This document shows, one piece after another, positions 33,321 to 47,500 of a DNA stretch of 64,000 nucleotides; position 1 is the stretch's first letter; each line of letters opens with the position of its first letter. The DNA lies in NCBI GenBank assembly GCA_046563655.1, contig CM102285.1, positions 7,688,001 through 7,752,000 on the forward strand. Reading direction: 5' to 3'. This stretch comes from Yuukianura sp. NJ FZ-2021 (Eukaryota). A program made the position numbers and the translations under genes. The notes below the pieces were generated by a model. It saw only the letters and a program-made list of their open reading frames with translations, made no database searches and had not been told where the DNA came from.

Positions 33321-36300
33321 ATGAATGTTCTTTTGAACAAATCCTGGGTCCTTCCTGTTTACCTTTTATTAAACGGTAAGTTTTCACCCTAATGGTAAGT
33401 ACATCTACTTAACCGCTTATAGATGTTTGTTGGTAAAACTGAAACACTTATGAAAACTGAAACTTTTTGATTGATTGGTTGTAAAGGTCATATTTACACT
33501 GCAATTACAAAAAAGATAACGCTTAAATTTATGCGCAGAAGCAGAAATGGCTATTTGGAATTAATCCCAGAACAGCCAATTTCTTTACTTCTACCATGTA
33601 CTATTCCCATTAATCTTCATAACTTTCACGCCTATTTCTTATCCAACAATTTCATAACAAGCTTAGTCTTAGGCAATGTACCATGGGACATTACACTTCT
33701 GTTTTGAAGCACATATCCATAGGATCATAAAACTGGCAACTACTAATGGGAACTTGCGGCTTGAATTTGAATAGGCAAGAAAAGGCGGGATTTTGAGTCT
33801 TGTTTCGAATTATAGAGTGGATGCGAAAGCAAACAAGGTGAAGTTTGTGCAACATCGAGCACTAAATACATCCAACGTCGAAAATGTTTTAATAATAAAT
33901 TGTTAAAAACTTGCAAAAAATACAGCAGACGACGCGATTCAAACTTGAAAGAATTTAAATTTTCTATTCTTCTTTTTGAAATACAAATTCAAAATTATTC
34001 TGAGTTTTTCCTTCAAAACTTTGAATTGTAAATTACAGAAGTGTTTGTACTTGGTCTTCGGCTGGAGGAAGTAGTTGTTCCCCTGACTGGAGTATTCGGG
34101 GAGTCGGTGACACTGCGATGTGACTTTGATATTGAAGCTGACCAACTGCTGTCCGTCAAATGGTACAAAGATGACTATGAGTTCTTCAGCTACTCTCCCA
34201 ACAGAGCACTCCCCAGCCAGCGTTTCCAAGTCCCAGGAGTATTCGTCCAGGTAGAACTAATTTTATACGACTCCAAGGTCATTCCTCTGTTACATTGGCC
34301 TGATCTGACGTGGTCTTCCAGAGCAACACCACAATGAACAGAATAACCCTTACTAATCTGACGCTCCAGTCTAGTGGGAACTACAAATGCGAAGTCTCGG
34401 CAGAACGTCCTTCTTATCGCACTTTGTCCAGAGATGGCAATCTAACAATCGTTGGTTAGTTTCATCACAAGTTTTGGGCCCATTTTTTAAAATAAAATTT
34501 GGTTGCTTTTAATTTACAAAATTAATTTCAGTTCCGCCATATCCGGAAACCCCACGCCTCAACAATATTCCGTCGACCGTTCGAATGGGTGAAACAATCA
34601 GTGGGAATTGCACGTCTTTCAGAAGTAGTCCTCCCGCTACACTTACTTTCTATATCAACAGCCACAAGGTAGCACGTCCATCGTATCATCCAACTAAACG
34701 ACTTCACACTTTCTAAGAACTTTCACCTTACCGCTTTTGCTTCTTCGACCAAGCAGCGCGATCCCAAAAGATTTGAAGTTAGCCATCACGTTTTGGAGGT
34801 TTCCAAATTTTTTAGTGTTTTGGAGCCATATGGTTCCATTTGTTTGACAATTTAGTTATACTTTACCACTCAGTTCTTTGAGAAGAGGAATGAGAGGCGA
34901 TGTGAACTTCAACAAAAACGTTTCGCGAATCTAGTACGTGACTCCAATACTTTGGCTGAAGTTAACCAGGAATGTACATGCTTCCTTCTTTCCGTTTGTC
35001 TACGTGGCATTGATCAGTTATTTGAAGAAAAAAAGCCTGTTGAACACAAAAATGAATATTAAACAAAATTGTAGCCTAACCAAGAATTTCCAAACTTTTT
35101 AAACTAATTCATAATTTTGGAATGGTTTTTTATTTTGTAGATTGAGAGTCCAGAAGTAATTAGTTATGTTCCAGAGGTGGACAACTGGGTACGCCAAGAT
35201 GAGTTAATGGAACTTTACACTTCAACGCTGGGTTTAAAGTTTACGGTGGGAAACGAACACTTTCGTCAAGGGGTCATCAAGGTCAAATGCTCAGCCAAGG
35301 TGGGTAACTTAACCAAACTGTACTCAACAGAAGTCACAATCAAGCACCAGAACTATCCAGACACTTTCACTGGAATCGGCTATACTCAAAAACCGAATTC
35401 AAGTGGTAAGCTTTTCAATTGTTATAATACTACCAAGTAGCAACACTCAAATAGTAGAAAGTTCAACACTTTTCAGTTGTTCAAACGTTAGAAAAGTAAT
35501 AAGTAAATTAAAGTCACGCTTAAAACTCACGCATATCTGCAGTAACTCTCCAAAGTTGTGTCGTAGCATATTGTAAATTGAACAATATCTCAATATCTTA
35601 AGTGTTGCGAAAAATGTGCATAATAGATTGTTATATATAAAGCTGCAAAAACAATAGGAAATTGATGTTAAAACAAAATCGGGTAAAAGAGCTGCTAAAG
35701 CGCTGGTCTTTTTAGCGCTAAAAAAAAGCTTAGCAATTTTAGCAAAAGTGCTAACAACCCCGCTATTTATGCTAAAAGCAATGCATCCTTATGGGGATTG
35801 GCCGCGAAGTTCGCAATCAGAACGCTAAGCGACAATTCGGGGCATAGAAACCCATTGATTTCCGTGAACAGAGAACTACGCAGAGCTTCTGAAATATTTA
35901 GGGAATTAATTAATAATAAATTAACAAATCATATAGCGGAAAAAGAAAATAATACTAAAAAAATAATTAATAAGATTAATTTCATAAAGTAATTAATTCT
36001 TGCACCACAATAACTATGATAATTATTTCAGTCATTAACAAAATCAATTTCATCGAAACTGTTTTCTTTTTACTGTTTTTTAAAAAGAAATTATGCTTTC
36101 CATAAAACTTTTTAAATTTCGTTGTGACCTTAGCATCGCAGCCATTTTAGCTTAGCATAAATAACAATATTAGCTCGCGCTAAAAATGCTAACGCTAAAT
36201 GCGAACCAGCCCTGGGCCCTGAGCTGCTCTTTCTTAAAATCTGTTTTTGTTCTTGAACAAAATACATTTTCCTTTCAAAGTCGGAGCATTTAAGTTCAGG

Positions 36301-36442
36301 ATTATGTTAGATTTTAACTAAGAATTTTTTGAATGTCGTCTAATTAGTTTTCGTGTTTCTAGGTATGGAAGCTAAAGCGAGCGGCTACCTCGTTCTACTC
36401 TTTTTCTCTTCACTTGGATTACTTCCAGGAAAGTTTAATTAG
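33321..36442 (+). CDS. Beat-family two-Ig-domain cell-surface protein, paralogue 2 (exons 33321-33375, 34039-34250, 34322-34454, 34532-34668, 35141-35405, 36363-36442)
   Basis: All junctions are GT-AG with consistent phases. Motifs VTLRCDFD..LLSVKWYKDDYEFFSY, SSGNYKCEVSAE, GNCTS..PPATLTFYIN, STLGLKF..VKCSAKV. Hydrophobic C-terminus (possible GPI signal). AATAAA at 36704. Confidence 0.88.
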
Positions 36443-39400
36443 GAAGTTTACTTGTGTATCCTTTGGAAGTAACAAAGGAGAACCTGGCGCAGCAAAATCT
36501 TTTACGTTTCGACATGTGGTTGACCCTCGCTCGGTTTGGGATTGAGGTCAAGGGTCAACCTATTTTAAAGTACCAACCCAAACAACATTCTAATTCCAGT
36601 GGACTAAATTTGTTCCTGTTTTTGTTGAGTAAAGCGTTTAAGGACTACACTATACTACGCTACAGCATAAGATACTCTCCATACTCTCCGGAACTCCAAT
36701 TTTAATAAAATAAAAAAGTATATCTTTGCTTCGATGATACTGTTTTATTTTCCTAATGCTTTTCCAGCCAAAAAAAAAACAACTGATGTTCTTTGCAGTA
36801 ATGTTTTTGCTTTTGTAACTTTCCCATTTCACACGAACTGTGTTTGTATTAACTCCTGTTAAACCAATTAACTGGAAATTAGCAAAATTAACGGCGTTGT
36901 TGGGGCAGTGTCACAAGAGCATTGAAAGGAGTTTAGGAACTTACTTGCTAATTGATTTCAGACATGCAACTTACTTTAATGCTACGTGGAAATATTTGGG
37001 TGTGGTGTGTTTGTTGGGAAATGAAAGCAAAAGTGTGTAAAACAAGAGGGAAAGAACAAGTAGGAAACTAGTCGTCCTTTGTTCATTGTTCAAACAAGAT
37101 TTCCATGTTTTTAGAGAATGAAACAATGGGAAATAGTGCAAAGAAATGTGTCCACTTTGGAATTTATGGGCATGGGCGTTGGTCAATTTAACTCCCCATC
37201 ATTCTTACTTGCTGACAAGCTTAAACTCTATTGCATGAAGAACTTGTTTGTCGCAATAGCCGTTCTAACCTAACCTGCCGATCTGTAAATTCATGTCTGG
37301 AAATTGAGATTATTAAGACCAAACCTGCAAGGAAGGTCTGGACCAAAATTGAGTTCACGTTAGGTCCTAGGCAAAGAATGTCAGGCTATAACGTGAACAT
37401 GAATTTTTGTTCATCCTGCGTTAGTGATGCTGAGTGGCCAAAAACCATGTGGGAGCCAAGAAATCGGTAAAGGTTTTTACGGAACCCTCTGCGTGCTTTG
37501 GAATCATAAAAACTGACCATGGATGAGTCTTGTTTCCTGGAAGGGCATCCAGAACTTCGTGCAATGATTACATCCCAAATGAGGATTGAAAATGGAAGTG
37601 GTGTTGAAAGTGGCAGAAAATAAAGGGGATGGCGGATTTTGTGTGTGATGAGACATGATTTGATTTAACGGTCCGTGCTTTCACTTTTCACTTCCTCTTA
37701 GTGGGGCAAAGCACGCCGTTCAAAATATGTTTCCTTCTGACTCCTCGGTGTTACCTTCCATTGGAAACTCGTTTCCTTTTGCTCTTTATGTTCCTTGTGC
37801 AATGAAAAACCCTGAACTTATGTTTCCTGAACTGCTGAAAACCGATGTGTTTTTAGACGACTATTGCTAGTGTAGTATAAACAAGTGAGAATAATACGGC
37901 GCTCCAGGAAGAGAGATCTACTCCTGCACGTTCTCTGCTTCTTTCTGCAAATGAACTTTGTCTCAATGCTAGCTATTAGTCAAAACATTTGCAATGAATT
38001 ATGAGCATGGCTCTGTTTAGAATTGAGATTAACCGCTTTAAACTCTCAGAGGTGAAAATGGTGAGCTGTCTCAATGCACAAATTTCGAGGTGGAGAATAA
38101 GGTTTAAGTTAGTTGTGACAACATATTGCGAAATACCTTTGTTTAGGTTGGTTAGTGCAGCAGCAAGAAAGCATTCCTTCATGAATGCTTTGTATGTACC
38201 ATGTTAAAGGGTCGTAAGAAAGTGAAATTGAAACTTTGAGAAAGTTCAGATGGAAAGCAAGGATTCAGAGTGAAAAAAAGTTTTCATTTTTAGAAAAGTG
38301 AGAACTAGGACTAGGAAGCGAGTTTTCCTTTTTTAGATTTTTTTTCTCAAAATGGGAAACTCATTTCTCAACAGCTTCATTAAATGAAAAAGACAGTCAG
38401 ACTGGTACAGTTGGGGAGTAGTTTACTTTCCCTCGATCTTGACTTTTCTGTTTTCAGAGAAAAATAAGAATAATATATTCCTGTTTCCTGTTGCTTGACA
38501 ATACGAAAACATTCGTTCTAACAACGCAAGCTATACATGCAGAAGCTTTTAGCATAAGACTAGAATTCAATAAAAAAAATTAAAACAAAAAAAAGTTCAA
38601 AGTCAAAAACAGTTTGGTACTGCGGATTCTGGAACTCGGTCTGTTTTTTCATGATGAGTGTATAGGAATTTTATTATCTTGAAGAAATCTTCTCTCCAAC
38701 TTTTTCATTTTTGAAAAGAATCAGAAAGGAACTGCTCCAGATTCTTTTCTGATTTGTTATGCCATATCATTTCAATTTCAATCATTTCAATAAGGTAGAT
38801 ATAATACTTCCATTGCGCTTTTCAACTTTTCAGACAAAATGTCATCGGGATTGAATTCCACAAAGAAAGAAGGGAAAACGCTAGAATTCCCGCGAAATCC
38901 CGGGAGACGCGTATTATTAATAATTCTAAGTTGGAAATAAGGAATAAATTGGATGCTTTCTCCTTTTTTTTTTTAAAAAAAAATGTCCGTTTTTATAAAC
39001 AGAATGTGAAACAAGAGGACGCATATGATCATTATGCTAATATCGTGATATGCTCTTCTTTGCCTTTGCGTCTTATGATTCAAATTTACTGTACACAACC
39101 ATAAGCACACTGCCGTGACGTACGTCGAAAAATAAGGATATCGGATACCAGCGCCAAGGGGAATATCGCGCTCTCTCTTTTATTTTATTTTCCAAAATTT
39201 TTGAACATTAGGCGCGCTCACTACTAGTTGCTAGAGAAAAACTAAGTTGCATCTTAAACACTTTTTTCTTCTAGCAAGTGGAAACTTTAAAGAAACAAGA
39301 AGAAATGGAAAAAGCTTTCCTGCATATTTGATTTCTCTGGGGAAAGCACGTTTCGTCCCGTCCCTCTTTTCTACTCCTTCGTTTTTGTCATTTCTAATCC

Positions 39401-40835
39401 CATCTTAAACTTTACATTTTATTTTTGTGAAGTGGGATTAATGTCAATTTGGAAAAAGTTGAATGAAAAGGTCAGTATATGAGGAGGAAATACTGTAGAT
39501 GTAAAGGTGTTGAGCATTTCGTGAAGCGATTGAATGAACTTAAGCAGGTGGGGGCACAAACATTTGGTGAGGTGAAATTGCGCAGAATTTGGTATTGGAT
39601 TTCTGCAAGTTTGAAGTCATACCGTTGACATAATTTATGTTGATACACTTTTTCTGAAGTAACGACGTACCAGCAGGAATTAGAAAAAAAAGGGAGACGC
39701 GTAAATGGGATGTTCATGTTTGGAAGGGGCAGTGCAGTTGGGTGGTGAAGGAGGCTGAGGGTTATAAATTTTGAGGAAATGGGTTTTAGGTGGACTGTTC
39801 AAATGTACTTTGCCATTGTTCAGTTAATGTACTACTAAATGCTTTCACTGCCTTCTCTTTCCATCCATAAAGTGAAGAACGTTTTTCTAGAAAAAAATTG
39901 CTTCTAAATGCCGTTTGTTTTTCATCGGCAAAAATTTCGATAGGAAAAAATCAGCTTAGAGCCAATATAAGTTAGTCCGCGAATCGAGGCAGAAATATCA
40001 CTTGCAAATATCTTGCAAATCAGCTCATCATTAGAATTTTTTTTAGTTGCACAAGTAGAATTTTTTGGGCAAAGGAAATTAACTGCTTTTGTGTATCGTG
40101 TTAGTTGAATTCAAACTTTTACTCTCCGAGGAAATGCTTTTGCTCTCTGTCACATCCTTCGCAGTGTGTCTAAATATGTCAAGCTATCTCAAGACAAATC
40201 AGGTCAGAAAGCTAGCTTTCTTTAGGATTCCTGGAACTGCGAAAACAAAGTCTGCTGCAAGGCAAGAGTCAAGATTTGAATTTTAGTGAACATGGCTCCA
40301 CGCCAAGAGGAGTGTTCATATATTATCTTCTATGCCGAATTACAAAGGATCTTGGCTTCAAGGAGACTTCCTATCAGGTCAGACCAAATGTCCAAATCCA
40401 AAATTTTGTTCTTTCAGGGCTTGGCAAAATGCTTCACTTTTTTCAAGAAAAGGCAAAAAGCTAACTTTGTTCTTGGAAGAAGAAAGTAGAAAAAATGCAA
40501 CGGACGGAGGGAGATGTAGATTAAAGATTGGAAAGGAAATGGGGGAAAGTTGGGAATGGAAAGACAGGAGCCATAAATGGAAACGCAGTCTTCTGGAAGG
40601 ACCAAAAAAGCGAAAGAAAAAGATCATGTTCACTTTAGTACAGCTAAAGCATCATTCGAATAAAAATGTGTAAAAAATAGCAGTTGTAATTTAATCTTAA
40701 ATTGCGAAATGGCCGAGCCTATTCGGTTGACCAAAGAGAAGTTTTTGGCTCTTTAGAAATTTCAAAATTTTGGGAAATAAAATTTTGAGATTGTATAAAT
40801 GATAATGGAAGGAAGCCATTCTAGGTAGTGTCATA

Positions 40836-41401
40836 TAGGGCTGTTCAAGTTCCGGATCGGATCGGATCCACATGGAAACGGATCCGGAACTGGAACTGAT
40901 AAATTTGGTAACGGAACCGAACTAGTTCAAAAATTCAGAACCGGAAACGAACCGAACCGGAACCGGATCCGAACCGAACCGGAACTGGAACCGGAATAAA
41001 AGCAGAAAATGCATTTGTCCCGTTCATAAATTGCAAAAGGTATCTAAACCTAACAATTTAACTAATCTGTATATTAGTTAAATTGTTAGGTTTAGTTCGT
41101 ATATAAATATTCACCAAGGGACTTATAAGCCACTGCTGCTTTGTCAATTCATTTTTCGTTAAATTGTTTTGGTAATGCATACCAGCTTTTTAAGCAAAAT
41201 TTTCTGTTTGAATTTGGCGATAATGAAGTTAACCGGTTCCAGTTCCAAATGCCGGAAGAACCGGTTCCATCATACAATGGAACTGGATCCGAACCGGATC
41301 CGAAATATAAGTTCCGGTTCCAAATATTTAGGAAACGGATCCGGAAACGGAACTGGAACCGTAAAAGTTCCGGATCTGGAACCGGAACTTGAACAGCCCT
41401 A
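40836..41401. mobile_element. hAT-type MITE with (GGAACC/GGATCC)n subterminal repeats
   Basis: TIRs TAGGGCTGTTCAAGTTCCGG / CCGGAACTTGAACAGCCCTA; exact TSD GTGTCATA at 40828-40835 and 41402-41409. Confidence 0.92.
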
Positions 41402-42091
41402 GTGTCATATAATTTTTATGGATCCTATTTTGTACTTGGAAGAGGCTTTTTGTAGGGCCTACAAGAACAATTTTTAGTTATTGCCTGAGCCAGTTTATAT
41501 TCTCAGGATACCGCTGCGATGAAGCTGAGCTCAAAAAATTGTTGCTACGCTACACGCTCCTAAATTTTTGCGGTTTTGAATGATCTCGTAAAAGTAAAAG
41601 TTGAGAAAGCACTTAAGGCTATGGCACTTAAACCACAAATGAAACGAGCAGCGCCGAAAGTTAAAACCCCAAAAATTAATCAAGGTGCCTGCCGAAATTA
41701 CCCTTGTGGCTTTCCATCATCCCTTGTTATCCATTTCCACAAATTAATATAACCTAACCTAACTCACTAATTTAGAAAAAAAAATCAACCATAACCTTAG
41801 AAATGAAATGCGCCAAAGCTTATATGCAGAATATTCTAATACACTAAATCGTATGTGCCGGGTTCTCACCCATTAAACGAATATTTAAGAAAAAGAAAAA
41901 AAATCAAGCCAACCTCGAAATTCAAGCAAAACCTAACCTAACCAAACATAAGGGTAACATTCTAGCCTAACGTGAAACTCAGGGTTAACTGAACTACAGA
42001 ATAACTAATGCCGTATCTATGCTAACCCTGGTTTTAGATTCTACGCCCTCCGGCGTGCGAGTATTACCGGAGTAGTACCAAAACGAGATTT

Positions 42092-42566
42092 TGTAACACA
42101 ATGTGAGTTTTGCGGTTAGTATATGATTAGCAAAGTCTCATTTCTACTTAAACTCCAACGGCTATACCTCCGTGAAAACTTTGGTCTTTTGTTGGGCGTC
42201 TGCTGGGTAGGATACGTAGATCGTAGATTGAGATTTGTTATAGATGAGTACGGGAGATTTGAGATGCGGTGTGGTTAGAAAGACAGCAGAGTTTTGTGTA
42301 GTTAGTCGTGGATTGGGTTTTGTAGGAATAGGAGAGGGAGATCAAAGTTAGGTTGTAGTTTTTCTTCGTTTGTATATTCTTCAGTTCCACCGATTCAATA
42401 AATATATTTTATATATTTACTCATCGATGGATGTTTTGCAGTGGTGATAATTGAAGTCATATGGATCTGGGGTCTGCGGACTCAAAGTCGAGTGTCTGGT
42501 GTAGAGTGGCAGTCGGCAGTGCTCAATCGACGTTTTTCAGTTGTTTAGCGTCGTGGAGACGTTACA
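42092..42566. mobile_element. Possible solo LTR
   Basis: TGTAAC...GTTACA inverted termini, a GT-skewed interior and an internal AATAAA; the flanks ATTT/CTTT only partly match as a TSD. Confidence 0.4.
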
Positions 42567-43770
42567 CTTTTTGCGCGAATAAAATTGAGGTGAAGTTTCC
42601 AACTTTCCTTTTCTACCTTATTTGTTAACGTTGGTTTTTCGAAGGTTTCAGTTTTGGTTAGGTTTCACCCTAATTCTTGTATAACTTGGTGAAATGTGTT
42701 CCAAAACTAGGCATTTGGCATCTTCATTTGGCGGTAGGCATTTTGAAATTGGAGTTGGAGAGAAAGTGTGAAGTAGCTGCTTAATTGCTTGTAAAAAAAA
42801 GTTCAACCACTTTCCTCTTGCTGAAGTCTGCACTTTACGCACAGCACATACAAAAACACACCATTTTGTTGCCTCCATAGTTGAGTGGAGGCAACTTAGT
42901 GACGCAATAGCACAAGTTTTGCTAAACTTTTTTCACATTAATTTTCTATGAAAAATCAACAGCCACAACAAAGTCTTTGACCATCAACTCGCTTGTTTAC
43001 TTATTTATTTTTAGTTTGCGGAATTTTTTAAGTTTCAATTTTATGACCTTTCGGTTTCCTGCTAAATTGCAACATGAAGATGGATAAGCACCACCGATCA
43101 AAAGGATTTATGCAAATCCAAACTGATTATCATCTCCATGATTATCATAATATGATATAAGTGGGTTCGGTGATTTGCTTTTTAGCATGTTTCATTGTGT
43201 ATTTTTTTTCGTTCTTCCTTAAGTTAGGTTTGGTGATTTCTTTTATACTTTTTCTACGTTTTTCTTTGCTGTCAGTTTACTGCCCTGAGACCCGAGAATT
43301 CATTTGGAGAGAAGCGGGTTTTCGGTGTCAAACATTTTGGACAAAGTGTTTTCCCTTTAAGGACGACGCTTCAGTCAGATGAAAAACTGTAACATCCCCG
43401 TTCTTATTAAATTTTTGATGATGAGCCACCGCGGTGGCACATAGGTCTCGCTCCAAACTGCTCCAGTTCCACGGTGGTCGCAAAGATGAAATGATAACTC
43501 CACAGGAGTACCCGTTTTGGCACAAGTCTCTGGAAACTTGGCGAATAGTGGCCCGGGGCCCCACCCGCCAGAATCCAAGTGACATTCAGCTTTATGGTGA
43601 TATGTTGGCAGCATAATGTGCAGATGGAATATGAGTAGTAGCATAGTTCCAAAAAATTAAAAAAACAAGAAAATGTTAAATATTTTTATATGATTGCTGC
43701 AGTAAAGCGATTGTTCCACTTCTGACTTGACCAACTTTTGGGTTGAAATACCGGTATCACGTGACAGGAC

Positions 43771-44514
43771 TAGGGGTCAGAATTCAGATTTTAACTCCGA
43801 ATTTAAATCCGAATTTTTGACGAATTCGAATTATTCGGAATTCGGATTCCGTAGCTTTCGAATTCGAATTTGGACGAATATTTTGGTACATTTGAGGCAT
43901 GGGGATTTATGGGAAAACCAAAGTTTTAATGAACCCAGATGATAATCATTTAGCCGTCGTTATTCGCCGTCAGAGTTCGTTGGGAATTATTTCCCGGCTT
44001 TTTAATTTGATTTGTAATGATTTTTAAAAAACAACTCCAAGATTACTTTTTACTTAAATTATTTCTTGGGATTTCGAACCGAGTTGTGTATTTGCTACTA
44101 ATGCAATTGCTTACGATTCATTGAAGTCTGTCATCAACAGGACTCTGAGGTGTCAATATTAATGCACCAATAACTTCAAACTCAAATCAAGTTTCCTTTA
44201 AGAAAAATTCAATTTCAAAATATAAATTTAAGGAAAACTAAATTAGTTTCCGTAAATTCTAACAAAAATAAAAAAGTCCACACAATATGACAATCTGTTG
44301 CGGAAAGCAACTTTAGTGTTGCTCATGCAGGTCAGTTTTAAGTGGAATAAAAGAAGTATGCATGTTTCTAATGTCTTAATTTTGAAGTGGAAAAGTGGAA
44401 TCGATAAAATGTATGGAGACTGAAATTCGAATTCTAGTTCGAATTCGACCTGCTCGAATCCGAATTAATTTGGAATTCGGATTTGATGAGAAAGCCTACG
44501 AATTCCGACCCCTA
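43771..44514. mobile_element. hAT-like MITE with GAATTC/TTCGGA subterminal repeats
   Basis: TAGGGGTCAGAATTC / GAATTCCGACCCCTA termini; imperfect TSD (GACAGGAC vs GCAGGAC). Confidence 0.75.
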
Positions 44515-47500
44515 GCAGGACGGAAATGCACGTAAATTGTATTCTCTCGTAAATTAAAGTGTTGTGCAACGTTGGAAATTGTGCTGGATTTATGCAGGAA
44601 GAAGTGCGAGATGCAGGTTATAGGTCAATCACAACTGAATCACCTTCCGTTAGAAATCTCGTGTACTTGGCAGTTCCAATGCCGTTAATCTCAAATAAGC
44701 CAATTACTGTTTTCTCCTTTTTTTATTTATATAATACTTTCCCTGCGGGCCCTGAGCCCATGCAGAGGCAGTTCGGTCCAAGATACATCTCTAGTTTGTA
44801 GTTAACTTATTTAGCTAATGCCTCCATTACTTCCCTCTCAGCTTTCTCCTTTCCACTCCCATAAATCTTTATAACAACGGTTTCTAGGTTTCTAATAACA
44901 TGAAATGCAAGGCACAGGGATCTTAGAAACTGAGAGTTTATTACCTCTTTAAAACTTTCATTTAAAAGAGCAATTTTTCAGAAACAGATTTCCTAAGGTT
45001 ATTTAACTAACCTAACATTCAAAATTAAGTAGGGTAATTCTACCACATGAAAGCCAAACCTATGCGCTTCAATATTACAAAAACAAGTAAAAAATTTTAA
45101 AATGAATTAACTTATTGTTAGTGTTCACACTGGCACAATTCCTAGCCGTTTAGAACGAATGTCGGCGGGAGTTTCAAACGTTGTGGTTGCCTACAAAGTT
45201 TCAGCTATTTCAAAATCGAGCCTTTCGTGGGAAACTTGAAATCCCACCGCCTCAAATTTCAAAGCAACCCAAAATCCCAGTTTTGCGTAAGTATAGCACA
45301 CTTTCTGCCACAAACTGGCAAAGCAAGCAATCTATGCCACAAAGGATGCCACAAAATATTCCCAAATTAAATTCCACATGTCAGGTGTTTTTTTGCCTCT
45401 CTTTTAAAAACAGAATTTAAAAAAGAAGGTAGGCTTTGTTCAAATTTGAAAAACGGCTCCTATCGACTGTTGCATGTTTTTGGTTTAGGTTTAAATTCTG
45501 AAGTTAAATAATTTCAGCTTTTCACAGTTTGAAAACGTTCGCAACGGAAGAAAGTAAAAGTGAAAGTCCACCACTGCTCCATGGCATCGGTCCATGGCTC
45601 GAATCCAAATGACCAAAAAATTGTACGTACCAGCCGCTACATTCTCCTTCGCTTCGTTTATGGTTGACCAATTTTTATGACGGAAACCTACTGCCTCCTC
45701 AAATCGTATTTTGTTCTTAAAGTCCTGAAACTCAACTGTTTCAGAGATTGTACCTTTCGGTTGAGCGGGTACCATTGCATTCCAAACTAAATTCCAGCCA
45801 ACTTTCACTAGGAATCAGCCTATACGAAAGTGTAAAAATGTATCTGTCCTCATGTGTAAATAGTAGTCGAACATGTAAAAAAAAACCGTGTATGAGTTAC
45901 ATAGAGGTTTGTATCAAAAGAGTATTGTTGGAAAAACTCAACAAGAAACTTTTAACAACAAATTGCACAAATTGTAAAGTTCAGTTTTTATTTCCAACCC
46001 CAATAAAATTCTGTCGAATATTAAAAAACTTTAGATTTAGTTCTGGTGTTTTAATAAAAAACTTTAGATTTAGTTCTTGTGTTTTAAGGCTTTTTTGAGC
46101 ACAAATTAAATAAATTCACATATTTGTCAGTCAACTCAGAAATATTCTTTTGAATCTTTCAGAATTGAAACAAAAGACTTTTTGCTTTTTTTGTTTACCG
46201 TTTGTCGGGGTAAACTTCAAATCTACTTGTACATATTTTGAAACAAATCGCTTTGGAAAACGACGAGAACTTTTAAGAACTACCGAAAATGAGCTCCTTA
46301 GTTTGGGCAAGCCAAGGACCAGTGATAGGAATTGTTAGATGTTAGATACAAGAGCTCCATATAAAGAGCGGAAAATTTTGAGAGTGAAAGTGGGGGCCAT
46401 TTTATTCAAATAGATACAACTGAAATAACATTGCTCAACTGTAAAAGTAAAAGTTTTACAAACCACGGCTCATTTCCCTTACTGTTTGTGCTTTTGCTGC
46501 ACTTGCTCTTCCTGGAAAAATTATATTCGACATTTAAATGATTTTACATAAGCCAATGAGAAAGTTTCCATTTCATTTTGAACCAAGACTCTTTCAATAC
46601 TGTAAAGTTGACCTATTTTTCAAGAATTTTAAGGAAATGACAAAACACATTTAAGCTAAGAGCGTAAAAGAACAAGAAAGTTTGAAGGTTCGTTCGCCCC
46701 AATTTGTTTAGAATCTTAATCATCGTTAGGAGTGGGGTGTGTCAAGGTTCAAAGGTCAGTTTTCCCCATCCCCATTGTTTTCCTGATGGATCACTTTCTC
46801 ACCTTGCTTAAACAATACCGTTGTAGATAATGAAGAAAAGTGAAACCCTCTGGAGAAATTCGCGGAACTAGTAAAAAGGCACGTTCAACTGGGAGACATT
46901 AATCCTCAGTCCCCAACGGAATAAACTTCTTACTGTATCGTGAAGTTGATCTTGACCGATGATATCAAGGTTGGCAGGTTAAACGTCAACTGAATGAAAG
47001 AGATAGCACGTGAACAAGATCAATTCAAAATTGCGGATTTGTAATTATATTCGGTCTTTTTTCTTGAGAATATGTCGTATTTTGATACTGATTTATCGGT
47101 ATTTTCGCTTAAAATTACCGATTGTGCAGTTCATCGTGACTTGTGTAAAACGCCTCGAATCGCAGAAAAACCGTTGCATAACTTGGCGTAGCAGCTTATT
47201 TTTTACTTTTCAACAAACCGTTGATGTCTTGGTGAGTTCAAAAGTCAAAGCCTTTGGCTCAATTACAATTCGGGTGAAGCTTTCCGCGCTTTTCCATTGT
47301 CCAATGCTTGCTTCTAATCTCTGGGGGGTCTTGTGCTGAAAGTGCGAGAAATGGCCAGAGAACAATGGGGGACTGAAATAAAGGCTTGATTAAGTGCAGC
47401 ATTATTTCCGAGTTTACTTCCCAAAACACGTAGGTCTGAAAAAATTGAGAGAAAAAAATAATCTCAGAATAACCAAACTCAACTAAAGTACGGGTCCACT